From contig NIVC01001422.1 in assembly GCA_002269645.1 (NCBI GenBank), positions 1 through 64,000 of the forward strand: 64,000 nt of DNA. The letters are read 5' to 3'. Position numbers and translations under genes: made by a program. The notes under the pieces were generated by a model that was not told the DNA's origin, did no database searches, and saw only the letters and a list, made by a program, of their open reading frames with translations. Shown here in pieces: positions 45,269-56,678 of this stretch; position 1 is the stretch's first letter; each line of letters begins with the position of its first letter. Source of the stretch: Macrostomum lignano. Its lineage: Eukaryota.

Positions 45269-48200
45269 TCAGAGCAGTTCCGCGGGCATTTTCTGCCCCA
45301 GCAGGCCAGCAGCCAGATTGTCAACAGCCAGCTGGGCCATGGCCTCCCTGGTGGCCACATCGGCGCTGCCAATGTGCGGCAGTACAACGCAGTTCGGCAG
45401 GGACAGCAGCGGACTGTCGGACGGCAGCGGCTCGGGGTCGGTCACGTCCAGGCCGGCGGCTCCGATGCCGCCGCTGGACAAGGCTTCGTGCAGGTCGGAT
45501 TGGTTCACCACCGTGCCGCGGGACACGTTGATCAGAATGGAGTCTGAAGGCGAACGGGTACGTTGCTTCTAACCCGAATGTTGGTAATGGGATTTGAATT
45601 CTGATAATGGGATTTGAATGTTGGTAATGGGATTTGAATGTTGGCAATGGGATTTGATGTTGGAATGTGGTTTGAATGTTGGAATGTGGTTTGAATGTTG
45701 GTAATGGGATTTGAATGTTGGCAATGTGATTTGAATGTTGGTAATGGGATTTGAATGTTGGCAATGTGATTTGAATGTTGGCAATGGGATTTGATGTTGG
45801 AATGTGGTTTGAATGTTGGTAATGGGATTTGAATGTTGGCAATGTGATTTGAATGTTGGTAATGGGATTTTCATGTTGGCAATGTGATTTGAATGTTGGC
45901 AATGGGATTTGATGTTGGAATGTGGTTTGAATGTTGGAATGTGGTTTGAATGTTGGTAATGGGATTTGAATGTTGGCAATGTGATTTGAATTTTGGCAAT
46001 GGGATTTGAATGTTGACAATGTGATTTGAATTTTGGCAATGGGATTTGAATGTTGGCAATGTGATTTGAATGTTGGCAATGGGATTTGAATGTTGGCAAT
46101 GTGATTTGAATGTTGGCAATGGGATTTGAATGTTGGAATGGGATTTGAATGTTGGTAATGGGATTTGAATTCTGATAATGGGATTTGAATGTTGGTAATG
46201 GGATTTGAATGTTGGTAATGGGATTTGAATTCTGATAATGGGATTAGAACGTTGGCAATGGGATTTGAATATTGGCAATGGGATTTGAATGTTGGCAATG
46301 TGATTTGAATGTTGGTAATGGGATTTTCATGTTGGCAATGTGATTTGAATGTTGGTAATGGGATTTTCATGTTGGCAATGTGATTTGAATGTTGGTAATG
46401 GGATTTTCATGTTGGCAATGCGATTTGAATGTTGGCAATGGGATTTGAATGTTGGTAATGGGATTTGAATATTGGCAATGTGATTTGAATGTTGGTAATG
46501 GGATTTGAATTTTGATAATGGGATTTGAATGTCGGTAATGGGATTTGAATGTCAGTAATGGGATTTGAACAGTCGGTAATGGGATTTGAATGTTGGTAAT
46601 GGGATTTGAATGTTGGTAATGGGATTTGAATGTTGGTAATGGGATTTGAATAATTGGTAATGGGATTTGAATGCTGGCAATGGGATTTGAATGTTGGTAA
46701 TGGGATTTGAATGTCGGTAATGGGATTTGAATAATTGGTAATGGGATTTGAATGTTGGCAATGGGATTTGAATGTTGGTAATGGGATTTGAATATTGGCA
46801 ATGTGATTTGAATGTTGGTAATGGGATTTGAATTTTGATAATGGGATTTGAATGTCGGTAATGGGATTTGAATGTCAGTAATGGGATTTGAACAGTCGGT
46901 AATGGGATTTGAATGTTGGTAATGGGATTTGAATAATTGGTAATGGGATTTGAATGTTGGCAATGGGATTTGAATGTCGGTAATGGGATTGGAATGTTGA
47001 CAATGGGATTTGAAAGTTGGTAATGGGATTTGACTAATTGATAATGGGATTAGAATGTTGGTCATGTTGGTAACACATGGGTCGAGAGGAAATCGAAAGC
47101 CTAGCTAAAAAGAGCTTAGCGCCATACTTAAACCGATCGAACCTCATCGTTAAGATCTCAGCAACTCTTGAAAACGTTACGCCTGAGAGTTGAGACAACA
47201 TTACATACTAAAAATGAAGCTTCATTAAACTTCACAGATGCTTGTGAAAAAAACAGACTCAAGACTTAGCTTTTTGTAGGTTTCAAAAGGTCAAAAGAAT
47301 GGCGAATGTAACAGCCCCCCCCCCCCAGTTCCCCTGATAAAAGGGCAAAACAAAGAGCTAGGCAAAGCGTCACTAACCCGGTCGCATCAGTTTGAAGGCC
47401 TCCTTATTGAACAGATGCCTGGTGTCTGGCGTTCCAGGACAGCAGATAACAACAAAGTCCGATTCGGCTAGCAACTGCTCAAATTTGACATATTCCGCGT
47501 TGAGAGGACCGGCTAGTTCCGGCTTTGGCCGGGGTCCGGTGTACACAATACGGCCGGGCCTGAAGCCACTTAAACGCCTGGCAACAGCCTGCGGATGATC
47601 GAGTGTTAGGCACGCGGATTGTGCGATTTTTGTGGATTTTTTTTGTGATTTTCTAGGATTTTCTAATGATAATCCCAATTAAAATGGTACACAGGCCAAG
47701 AAGAGTTGTTGCAGGTAACACATGTAAAATAGGAAAAAAGTGACTCTCTGCTCCTGTCTAGCGATCATTATGCTCTTCTAAAGATACTAGAATAACTACG
47801 AGTATATGGGCCACTCAGGCATATATACTTAGCAAAACAGCTTTCTACTCTACTTTCAGTTCAGTAGCAAAGAAGAATACATAAGCTATTTTATAAGACT
47901 AAAGGCAGCTGAGATGACTTCGATAAGTTTAGAAGCCAAGCTTGCAGGCGTATAGAGCTTGGTAATTGGTTCAGCCATAATGTACATTAGCCACTGAAAT
48001 GTACATGGCAGATTTAGGCTGGAACAACCGAGAAAGGTAATAAAAACTTGATGGCGGGGCAGGGGTAGAGGTTCTGTGTGGAGTTTGAGGGTTTAAGCTG
48101 GGGGGGGGGTAAAAATCAATATATAAGCCTTGTCTTTAAAATACATTAAAATGGTCCAGTTTAACTTGCTACTAAACTGAAAGTAGCTTACACGCAAATG

Positions 48201-48786
48201 TGCTGAGTGGCTCACCATCTAGTTATTCTACAATAGTATCTGTGTGCTGTTCTGAGAAATTTCACACCTGGCCAATCCGGCCGAAGCCAACCAGGCCAAC
48301 TGTGGAGCCGCCGATGCCCCGGCCGCAGAGCCGGTCAAACGGGCACCAAGGCCCCCAGGCGCCGGGCTGGCGCACCGTCTCTACAGCGGCGGGCAGACGC
48401 CTGGCGGTGGCCAGCAGCAGTGCCAAAGCCAGATCCGCGGTGCCCTCGGTCAGCACGCCCGGCGTGTAGCCGATTCGAACGCCGGCCGCGCGACAGGCGG
48501 CCACGTCGATGTGATCCACGCCAACCGACATGGTGCTGACCGCGCGGAACCTGGCCGGATCAACTCGGCCAAGGAATTCGGCGTCAACCCGATCGGTGAG
48601 CAGGCACAATAGGCCGTCGATCTTTGCCGCCTCGTCTAGTAGGAATTTCCTTTCAACGGGTTGGGTAGCGCTGGGCCAGGTGACAATTTCCAGGTGTTGC
48701 AGCTGTCTACGCAGGCTGGCCGTGAATTTGTCAGGCAGTTGACGCGTGACCAGCACGCGAAGCCGTGATGCCGCTGCTGCTGACGC
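45269..48786 (-). CDS. GRHPR: Glyoxylate reductase/hydroxypyruvate reductase (D-2-hydroxyacid dehydrogenase); 5'-partial, start exon not found
   Basis: Exons 48786-48268, 47588-47378, 45543-45269, phases consistent. Motifs [34 protein letters not shown] (Rossmann), [27 protein letters not shown]. Confidence 0.93.
45580..47065. repeat. 20-bp minisatellite (~70 copies)
   Basis: Unit gggatttgaatgttggtaat. Confidence 0.96.
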
Positions 48787-48904
48787 CTGCAAACATACAA
48801 GCCAGCATTAGGCCTTCCGGCTGCTGTTGTTCTGCTATAGGCTATTGAGTCTCGGGGAAATTAGGGGCTGGGTAGGAAATGCGTGTAGGACGGTTGAAAT
48901 CGTG

Positions 48905-49760
48905 GGGAGAATTGCTCAGTTGGTTGATTGCTCAGGGGGGAATTGCTCAGTTGGCTGATGTCTCAGGGGGAATCGCTCAGTTGGCTGATGGCTCAGGGGG
49001 AATCGCTCAATTGGCTGATGGCTCAGGGGAATTGCTCAGTTGGCTGATGGCTCAGGGGGAATCGCTCAGTTGGCTGATGGCTCAGGGGAATTGCTCAGTT
49101 GGCTGATGGCTCAGGGGGAATCGTTCAATTGGCTGATGGCTCAGGGGAATTGCTCAGTTGGCTGATGGCTCAGGGGGAATCGTTCAATTGGCTGATGGCT
49201 CAGGGGAATTGCTCAGTTGGCTGATGGCTCAGGGGAATTGCTCAGTTGGCTGATGGCTCAGGGGAATTGCTCAGTTGGCTGATGGCTCAGGGGAATTGCT
49301 CAGTTGGCTGATCATACATGCGCAACAGTCGGCCGAGTCGGCCGATCCGGCCGACCGATTTGGCGGCCAACCAAGGAAGTCGCAAAAATGCCAACCCGAA
49401 AAAACAGAGTAGTAGTACTAAGTAGCTGACGAGGCTTTATAATACAGTCATAGTTACTCCTGCCGTTTACCCAAAGTTGCGTTAATTTTGCTTTCGGGTT
49501 TTTTTACATGTAAGTCGCATTTTTGGCCAAAAACTACGTCGCATTTTTGTTAAAACTAAGTCGCACGGCCAACCGAAATTTGGAGGTTGCGCATGTATGT
49601 GGCTGATGGCTCAGGGGGAACTGCCCAGTTGGCTGATAGATCAGGGGGAATTGCTCAGTTGGTTGATGGCTCAGGGGGAATTGCCCAGTTGGGTGATGGC
49701 TCAGGGGGAATTGCTCAGTTGGTTGATGGCTCAGGGGGAATTGCTCAGTTGGCTGAGTAG
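48905..49760. repeat. 29/30-bp minisatellite interrupted by a MITE
   Basis: Unit ggggaattgctcagttggctgatggctca. Confidence 0.93.
49313..49599. mobile_element. hAT-type MITE (287 bp)
   Basis: TIR CATACATGCGCAAC / GTTGCGCATGTATG; 8-bp TSD TGGCTGAT (49305-49312, 49600-49607). Confidence 0.88.
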
Positions 49761-50216
49761 GAATTTTTTGGTTGATAGCCTCTTGGGGCTTTTTTAGTGA
49801 AATAATGCTTCAGCAAGCACTGACATGATAATGAAAACAGTAGAAGAGATAATAACAGAAAAAAACTTTCAGAAGCATAAAGGATATATTGAAGCAACAA
49901 CAAGCAGCAATAGATACCAGTATAGTACATTTTCGAAGTGGCAATGCAAATAACTATAAAAGTGTATTGTACCAGCAAGCAATTTATTAATAGAAGCTGC
50001 TTTGCAAATTGAGAATAACAATAAATGTTTTCTATAATTAAAATCATGAAAAACTAAGCATTGATAATGCAAAGTAATTCTAAATAATTTAATCTGTTAA
50101 TATCATTGACTGGATGCAATATAGCTAGAATTAAATTTGCAAGCAGATTTTAGCAATGCAATGACTGTTCTAACCACAAGGCTAGGCTTCACATGTAGTT
50201 AGCTGACGATGCATTG

Positions 50217-50502
50217 TGTTCTGGAGGTTCATTTTTTGTCATATTTTTGGGGTTTTACTTATTTAATTGTACATGTATTTGCTCTTTATTTAATGTACAT
50301 GAGCCAACCCCCCTCAATTTGCTAACCCCACCCCACGTTAAATAATAATTAAAAAGGGCGTGATTTTTGGTCAGCGTGTTTTTTTACTAACTTGGTTGTT
50401 TTGTTTGCCTGCGCGAGAACGCAGAGGTATTGAAGGCTACAAACATCCGATTTTCGCCTACTTAATTATTTTTCGGTTTTTGAAGAGTTAGTCGATTTAA
50501 CA
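50217..50502 (+). repeat. 5' LTR
   Basis: TGTTCTGGAGG...GATTTAACA; identical by eye to 56679-56964. Confidence 0.97.
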
Positions 50503-50504
50503 AC

Positions 50505-50522
50505 TGGTAGCAGAGCGTGGTT
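50505..50522 (+). promoter_or_regulatory. Primer binding site complementary to the initiator tRNA-Met 3' end
   Basis: TGGTAGCAGAGCGTGGTT, 2 nt after the 5' LTR. Confidence 0.85.
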
Positions 50523-50527
50523 CAAAA

Positions 50528-53326
50528 ATGCAAAAGGACGGAGAAGAATTCGAGTCGAACTACCCGCCGGCTGACGAGGAAGAACGCAAGCTGATGGACG
50601 CGAAGGCCGCCAAGACGAGGGCCAAGGCCGCATTCACCAAAGGAAGAAACCGGCTGGTACAACAACTCGCTGCTGGTGGTCAAGACGGCGCCGAAGTACA
50701 ACAGCAAGCGACTCTCATGGAGAAGCTATTCGAGGCGGTGACAACTGAGCTGGAGAAGCTGTTGGAGCTCGCCGGAAACGACCTGCCACTGCGTCGCCAA
50801 ACGATCAAGGAGCTGGAGAATGCTGAAAAGGACTACGGTGAGACTGTGGGTCTGATGACCGAGTTCTGGAAAGATCGTAGCAGAAGCGAAGCAGCTGAGA
50901 GGGAGGAACAGGATCGCTTGGCGGAGTCTGAAGAACAGCAGAGGCGTGAGGAAGAGCAGCGAAAAGTGCAAGCCGCAGAGCACAGAGCGCTGGAGTTGGA
51001 AGAGGTGCAGAGAGAGCTAGAGAGAGACTATCAACAACGGCATGAGCAGTTGGCAGAGGAGCTGAGGCGACTGAAAATTGTTACTGGCAGCACTAAGGCA
51101 GAGAGCCCGTGTGAAAGGGCAAGCCCAGGTTCAGGTTTGGCTGAACAGTCGATTGGGGCTGAGGTGGGTGTAAGCGCTGCGCCAGACAGGAGTGAAAAAG
51201 CTGATTGGACTGCCCACGAAGGGGGGTCAGGCGAGCGATCGATAAAACAAAACCCTGCACCCAGGCCAGCCACCTCACAGTCAGCCAGTGTACAGTCGCA
51301 ACTCAGAGAGCCAATCGTTCAGCAGGAGTGTACACAGAGGGTGAGAGAAGAAGCGGAGAGGCAGGTCAGTCAGGACATGTGGCGGCAATTGCAGCGGGTG
51401 GCGATTCCCAGTTTCTCAGGTGATAAGCGTCAATACGAAGGGTGGAAGGCGGCCTTTTACGCGTGTGTAGATGCTGCACCCTCCTCTCGAGTGTACAAGC
51501 TATTGCAACTGAGGCAGTGTCTGCAGGGCGATGCGCTAAAGCTAATAGCCAACCTAGGGCATTCTGAATTTGCGTACAAGGCGGCTCTGGATAGGTTGGA
51601 GAGAGAATATGGAGGAGAGAGGCGCCGGCTGGTGCTAGTGTTGGAGGACCTGGACCGTTTTCGGCCCATTGTGACGGAGAGTGCGCCTCAGTTGAAGAAG
51701 CTGGCTGATCTGGTGGATGTAGCGGTTATCAATCTGATGGAGGCGGGTCGTGAAGCTGAACTAGACAGCAATGGATTGCTTCATCTTCGCGTGCAAAAGA
51801 AATTGCCGACTGACACCCTGGCACGGTATCACCGATGGGTCGGGGAGAATGGCAGAAATGACACGCTCAGCGCTCTTCATCAATGGCTGCTGCGGGAGGC
51901 TGAGTATCAGACGGTTGCTATGGAGGCAGTGCATGGAGTTGCGGCACAGAATGGGCCAGGAGCAGGGAAGATGGAGCAAAGTAAGAAATTCAGCGGGATG
52001 CAGCGCACGGAAACAGCTCGAACGCATTTTGGCGCTGTCGCGGAGTCAACGAGAGCCGATGAGCAGCGCAAGAAAAACTGCCGTGTCTGTGAAGGAAGCC
52101 ATGGCGCCTGGGAGTGCCCGAAGTTTGCGGAGATGGATGTAGTGAAGCGATGGGCCGTTGCTCGTGAGAAGAAGCTGTGCTTTCATTGTCTCGGCGTCAA
52201 TCACTCTGGTTTAGCTTGTCGGCGGTCTAGAACCTGTGGCGTAGATGGTTGCCAGGGAAAACACCATCGAATGCTTCACCAGAAGCGGGAGCCGAAACCA
52301 GCAGCTGCAGTGACGAGAGGCGGCGAAGGAGAGGCACGAAAACCCGCGGAGGACATATCAGCGGCGACGAAGAAGGAGCGCACTATGCTGGCTGAAGTCG
52401 TAAAGGAAACTGCGTTGAGGACGGTGCCGGTGATATTGGTGGCTGGTGAGCGCCAAGTTCGGATCAACGCGTTGCTTGATGATGCGAGTACGCGCACGTA
52501 CCTCAATGCGGACGTAGTAGCAGAGCTGGGACTCGAAGGTAAACTTCAGCGCATAAACGTTAAGGTGCTCAACGGAGGAGTCGAGTCGTTTGAAACAGCG
52601 CCTGTAGAGGTGACAGTCCGGAGTGTCGATGCAGCGTTTGAGACAAAAATTGTTGCTTTCACAGCGGAGAAAGTAACCGGCGGAATGAAGGCAGTTGATT
52701 GGAGTCAACTGGCGGAGCACTGGGCGCATCTGAGAGGCATTCCGTTTGAGTCAACATCAAGCCGGAAGACGGTTGACATGCTTATCGGTGTCGACAATGC
52801 CGAGATGCATCTGGCTTGCAAAGAAGTCTGTGGAATGCCAGGGGAACCAATAGCTCGACTGACTCCTATTGGATGGACCTGCATCGGGCAGTTAGGTTCG
52901 GATGAGGGAAGCAGCAAGAGCGGGGAATCGTTCCTCTGCCACGAGTGTCAAGATCAGGTCGACAGTCAGGTTCGAAGGTTGTGGGCGATCGAGGAAGTTC
53001 CTGATGTAGCTGAGCTGAACCGCGAAAGAGGGACGTTAACTGCGGATGAGCAGCGTGCTGTGGCGGTAGTCAAGGAGTCGATGTCGGTGGTGGAAGGAAG
53101 ATATCAGGTAGCCATTCCATGGAAGTCTCAAAATCGTGCTCTGCCGAGCAATCGTGAAGCTGCGGAACGCAGACTGATCAGCACGGAGAAGCGACTGCAG
53201 AGGAGTGAAGGATTGCCAAAAGTGTATCAGGAGGTGTTGGAAGGCCAGTTGGAAAAAGGTTATCTCAAGAAGGTCGAAGACAGCAGTGAGCTTGTGGCGA
53301 GACAGGAACGAAACGGGCAAACCTGA
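50528..53326 (+). CDS. BEL/Pao gag (DUF1759-like, Cys/His knuckles), aspartic protease and start of RT; truncated by a deletion-induced frameshift
   Basis: IPSFSGDKRQYEGWKAAF, CRVCEGSHGAWEC, CFHCLGVNHSGLAC, CQGKHHRMLH, protease ALLDDAS, GRYQVAIPW, GYLKKV. Confidence 0.9.
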   Translation: MQKDGEEFESNYPPADEEERKLMDAKAAKTRAKAAFTKGRNRLVQQLAAGGQDGAEVQQQATLMEKLFEAVTTELEKLLELAGNDLPLRRQTIKELENAEKDYGETVGLMTEFWKDRSRSEAAEREEQDRLAESEEQQRREEEQRKVQAAEHRALELEEVQRELERDYQQRHEQLAEELRRLKIVTGSTKAESPCERASPGSGLAEQSIGAEVGVSAAPDRSEKADWTAHEGGSGERSIKQNPAPRPATSQSASVQSQLREPIVQQECTQRVREEAERQVSQDMWRQLQRVAIPSFSGDKRQYEGWKAAFYACVDAAPSSRVYKLLQLRQCLQGDALKLIANLGHSEFAYKAALDRLEREYGGERRRLVLVLEDLDRFRPIVTESAPQLKKLADLVDVAVINLMEAGREAELDSNGLLHLRVQKKLPTDTLARYHRWVGENGRNDTLSALHQWLLREAEYQTVAMEAVHGVAAQNGPGAGKMEQSKKFSGMQRTETARTHFGAVAESTRADEQRKKNCRVCEGSHGAWECPKFAEMDVVKRWAVAREKKLCFHCLGVNHSGLACRRSRTCGVDGCQGKHHRMLHQKREPKPAAAVTRGGEGEARKPAEDISAATKKERTMLAEVVKETALRTVPVILVAGERQVRINALLDDASTRTYLNADVVAELGLEGKLQRINVKVLNGGVESFETAPVEVTVRSVDAAFETKIVAFTAEKVTGGMKAVDWSQLAEHWAHLRGIPFESTSSRKTVDMLIGVDNAEMHLACKEVCGMPGEPIARLTPIGWTCIGQLGSDEGSSKSGESFLCHECQDQVDSQVRRLWAIEEVPDVAELNRERGTLTADEQRAVAVVKESMSVVEGRYQVAIPWKSQNRALPSNREAAERRLISTEKRLQRSEGLPKVYQEVLEGQLEKGYLKKVEDSSELVARQERNGQT

Positions 53327-56051
53327 GGTATTCGAGTTTCAGAGTGTCGTTTTTGGAGTTAATTGTTCGCCGTTTCTTGCTCAGTTCGTTTCGCAGGAGC
53401 ATGCTAGGAGTCATCAGGAAACTTTTCCAAGAGCGTCAGAAACCATTCTGAAGTCGACCTACATGGACGACAGTTTGGACTCAGTGAGCAGCGTCCATGA
53501 AGCTATCCAGTTGCGCCGCGAACTGACAGCTCTGTGGGAAAAAGCCGGCATGCGTGCGAGAAAATGGATGTCGAACGCGTCTGAGGTGTTGGAGACAGTA
53601 GCTCCGGAGGATCGAGCGGTGAAAGCGCAGCACGTGCTTCGTGGAGAAATGGCGACGTCGAAGGCGTTGGGAGTGACTTGGACAGCCAATGATGATATGC
53701 TCGCGATCACGGGAAATGCAGGTGCGAAGGAAGTGTCCGTTGAGTCGAAACGACAGCTGCTCAAGCGCGTTGCGATGGTGTTCGACCCATGCGGGTTTCT
53801 GAGTCCATTTACAATTCGCGGGCGAATTCTTCTGCAGGAGATTTGGCAGAATGGAGCGGATTGGGATGAGCCCTTGGACCAGCAAGTTGCCGCGAAGGCT
53901 ACGCAATGGGCAGCGGAGATTGAAGAGTTGAGCATGCTGAAAATTCCACGATGTCTATGGCCTGATCCTACCAAAAAGGCAGTGCTACACGTCTTTGTGG
54001 ATGCATCTCAGGTGGCTTACGGCGCGGTAATCTATCTCAGGAGCGCCACAAGCCTGGACGAAATCTGTGTTCGTCTTGTAGCCGCAAAAGCACGTGTAGC
54101 TCCATTGGCAGCATGCAGCATCCCCAGACTCGAGCTCATGGCGGCGGTGCTTGGCGTGCGACTCGCCCAGACGGTGGCAGATGCGCTCGATTTAGACCTG
54201 AGAGAGTCGGTGTTCTGGAGTGACAGTGCAAATGTGCTCTGGTGGCTTCGAGGTCGCAGTAGAATTTTCAAGCCGTTCGTAGCAAATCGTGTTGCGTTCA
54301 TTCAGGAGGCGGTGAAGACTTGTCAGTGGCGTCACGTGCCGACCGATCTGAACCCCGCTGATGCCGTATCGCGAGGCTGTAGCGCCAAAGACCTTTGCCA
54401 ATCAGCGGTCTGGAGCGCGGGACCAGAGTTTCTGCTGCTAGATGAGGATGGCTGGCCGGCAAGGCTAGTTCCGACATCGGTTGACGGAGATCAAGAAGTT
54501 CGGCGAGAGGCGAGCAAGAGTAGTAAATCGGCGGCCGTAACTCTGTTGTCGAACGACACCACAGACAACGATTGGCGTTTGAATCCAGAGCGATTTTCGA
54601 GCTACCGCAGGCTGCGTAGCGTGACAACATGGGTTCAGCGCTTCATCAGTAATTGCCGACTTCCGCGAGATGAGAGACGACTTGGTGACCTCGAGGTCGA
54701 GGAGCTGCAAGAAGCTGAGGATCGAATCCTACGCGTGGCTCAGGAAGAAGCTTTCAAAGCAGAAGTTCAGCAGGTGCGTAGGGGAAAGCCAGTCTTCTCC
54801 AGCAGTCAGCTTCGCTGTCTCCAACCATTTCTTGATGAGGACGGACTGCTGCGAGTGGACGGAAGACTGAAGTTCGACCAGAATCTGTCATATCAGTCCA
54901 AGCATCCGGTCATTCTGCCGAGGCGAAGTTGGGTCACGAAGTTGTTGGTGAAGCACTATCACGAAGATCAAGGACATGGCGGAACAAACCAGACGCTGGC
55001 AGCGATGTCGACGAAGTTTTGGGTGATCGGTGGGCGCGAAGCCATTCGAGAATGGGAGAAGGAGTGCGCGCGATGCAGAAGGCAAAAAGCAGGACCGGAG
55101 GTGCAGCAGATGGCGCCGCTGCCAGAGGCCAGGCTGAAGAACTCTCTCCGAGCGTTCAGCTTTGTGGCAGTCGACTTCGGTGGTCCGTTTGAAACGGTAC
55201 AAGGACGCGGAAGACGGCGAACGAAGAGGTATTTGGCCCTGTTCACCTGTTTGGAGACGAGAGCCGTGCACCTAGAGATGGCGTATAGCTTGGATTCTGA
55301 CTCGTTTCTGAATGCTTTCGCGCGCATGATCAACCGTAGAGGCCGGCCACTCGAAGTTTACTCGGACAACGGCGGCAACTTTGTCAAAGGCGAGCGAGAA
55401 CTACGAGAATTCGAAAACGAGCAGCAGAACAAAATCCAGAGAGCGGCAGCTGAGCGCGGCATCAAGTGGCGCTTCCAGCCTCCGTCGGCGCCCCATTTCG
55501 GCGGCGCCCACGAAGTTATGGTTCGCGCCGCTAAGCGAGCTGTGCGCGCCATCCTTAGCAACGCTGACATCACCGACGAAGAGCTGCATTCCGCCTTCAC
55601 AGGTGCGGAAGCGCTCATCAATTCCAGGCCGCTGACATACCAAACCGCAAGCCCAAAGGACGACACGCCGTTGACGCCAAACCATTTCTTGCATGGACAG
55701 CTGGGTGGTGACTTTGCTACGGAAGTCTCGACCGAGGTCAGCCGCGACCCGCGCCGGCGGTGGCGACGTGTCCAAGAGCTGGTGCGGCACTTCTGGCACC
55801 GATGGCTGCGTGAGTGGGTGCCAAGACTCAACGCCAGATCCAAGTGGGTCAAGGAGCAGCCGGATCTCGCCGTCGGCGACATCGTCTTGGCGCTACGAGC
55901 GGATGCGCCTCGAGGACACTGGCCGCTCGGGCGAGTTCTCGAGGTATTTCCTGGACGAGACGGCCATGTGCGCGTGGCCAAGGTGCGGACTGGCGGTGGG
56001 ACGGTGCTGCGACCCGTGACGAAGTTGTGTGTGCTGCAGCGAGGTGAATAG
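53292..56051 (+). CDS. BEL/Pao pol remainder: RT C-terminal half, RNase H, integrase and DUF5641-like tail
   Basis: LWRD..FEFQSVVFGVNCSPF, YMDD, LHVFVDAS, PRLELMAA, HHCC zinc finger, VAVDFGGP, VYSDNGGNF, HFGGAHE, WRRVQELVRHFW. The ORF track starts at 53205 but homology begins at about 53292. Confidence 0.9.
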   Translation: MWRDRNETGKPEVFEFQSVVFGVNCSPFLAQFVSQEHARSHQETFPRASETILKSTYMDDSLDSVSSVHEAIQLRRELTALWEKAGMRARKWMSNASEVLETVAPEDRAVKAQHVLRGEMATSKALGVTWTANDDMLAITGNAGAKEVSVESKRQLLKRVAMVFDPCGFLSPFTIRGRILLQEIWQNGADWDEPLDQQVAAKATQWAAEIEELSMLKIPRCLWPDPTKKAVLHVFVDASQVAYGAVIYLRSATSLDEICVRLVAAKARVAPLAACSIPRLELMAAVLGVRLAQTVADALDLDLRESVFWSDSANVLWWLRGRSRIFKPFVANRVAFIQEAVKTCQWRHVPTDLNPADAVSRGCSAKDLCQSAVWSAGPEFLLLDEDGWPARLVPTSVDGDQEVRREASKSSKSAAVTLLSNDTTDNDWRLNPERFSSYRRLRSVTTWVQRFISNCRLPRDERRLGDLEVEELQEAEDRILRVAQEEAFKAEVQQVRRGKPVFSSSQLRCLQPFLDEDGLLRVDGRLKFDQNLSYQSKHPVILPRRSWVTKLLVKHYHEDQGHGGTNQTLAAMSTKFWVIGGREAIREWEKECARCRRQKAGPEVQQMAPLPEARLKNSLRAFSFVAVDFGGPFETVQGRGRRRTKRYLALFTCLETRAVHLEMAYSLDSDSFLNAFARMINRRGRPLEVYSDNGGNFVKGERELREFENEQQNKIQRAAAERGIKWRFQPPSAPHFGGAHEVMVRAAKRAVRAILSNADITDEELHSAFTGAEALINSRPLTYQTASPKDDTPLTPNHFLHGQLGGDFATEVSTEVSRDPRRRWRRVQELVRHFWHRWLREWVPRLNARSKWVKEQPDLAVGDIVLALRADAPRGHWPLGRVLEVFPGRDGHVRVAKVRTGGGTVLRPVTKLCVLQRGE

Positions 56052-56665
56052 TGACTGTTGACTTATTGCTAAACAAAACTTTTCAAATATGTAGTTTTTT
56101 GACGGCTAGTTTATGGTGTTTGGAATTATTTATCTTTTTCGTGTCATTATTTGCCGTTTTTTGCTCCTAATAGCTGAAGTGGTGATGGATTGCTTATTTT
56201 TGCGTATTTTGTGTTTGTTTATTTTGAGTAAAAAGACTTTGTTGCTTGCTTGAATGCGAGTTCTTTTGGCAGATTTTGTGCTTTGATTTTTTCATATGTT
56301 TACAGTAGGGATTATTTAAGTTTTCAAGACATTTTTATCCCGTGTTATTTCACTAATTATCGTTTGAGCAGTCTTTGAGTTCGTTTGTGTTCGTTTTTTA
56401 GTAGAGATTTTTGTGTTGGCTAGCGACGGAAGTCAAGGGTTATATTTAACTATTTTTGAGCCCAATTAACACTTCACATTGCATGCATTCGTATTGTTAC
56501 TCTCTGCTTTCGCGCTATTCATTTTTTTGGTTACAGAACTTTACTGTTTTTTTTCAAATTATGCTTGCAACCGTTTCAATTGCACAATTGCACCTTTTTC
56601 AATTAATTGTACCTAAGTTTCTGGGAGGCGATTTTTTTCTGCTTTTTTGCTGATTGGCCCCAATC

Positions 56666-56678
56666 AGGAAGGGGGGAA
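56666..56678 (+). promoter_or_regulatory. Polypurine tract
   Basis: AGGAAGGGGGGAA immediately before the 3' LTR. Confidence 0.85.

Noticed and set aside
39893-47065. ORFs such as [28 protein letters not shown] and EIDLGEIISQC
   Set aside because: They are stop-free frames of tandem repeats, not proteins.
53205-53326. Programmed ribosomal frameshift between gag-pro and pol
   Set aside because: No slippery heptamer was seen, BEL/Pao elements usually have one ORF, and conserved RT motifs are missing at the junction, so a deletion explains the overlap.
56051-56666. env-like gene in the BEL 3' region
   Set aside because: T-rich sequence with no substantial ORF.
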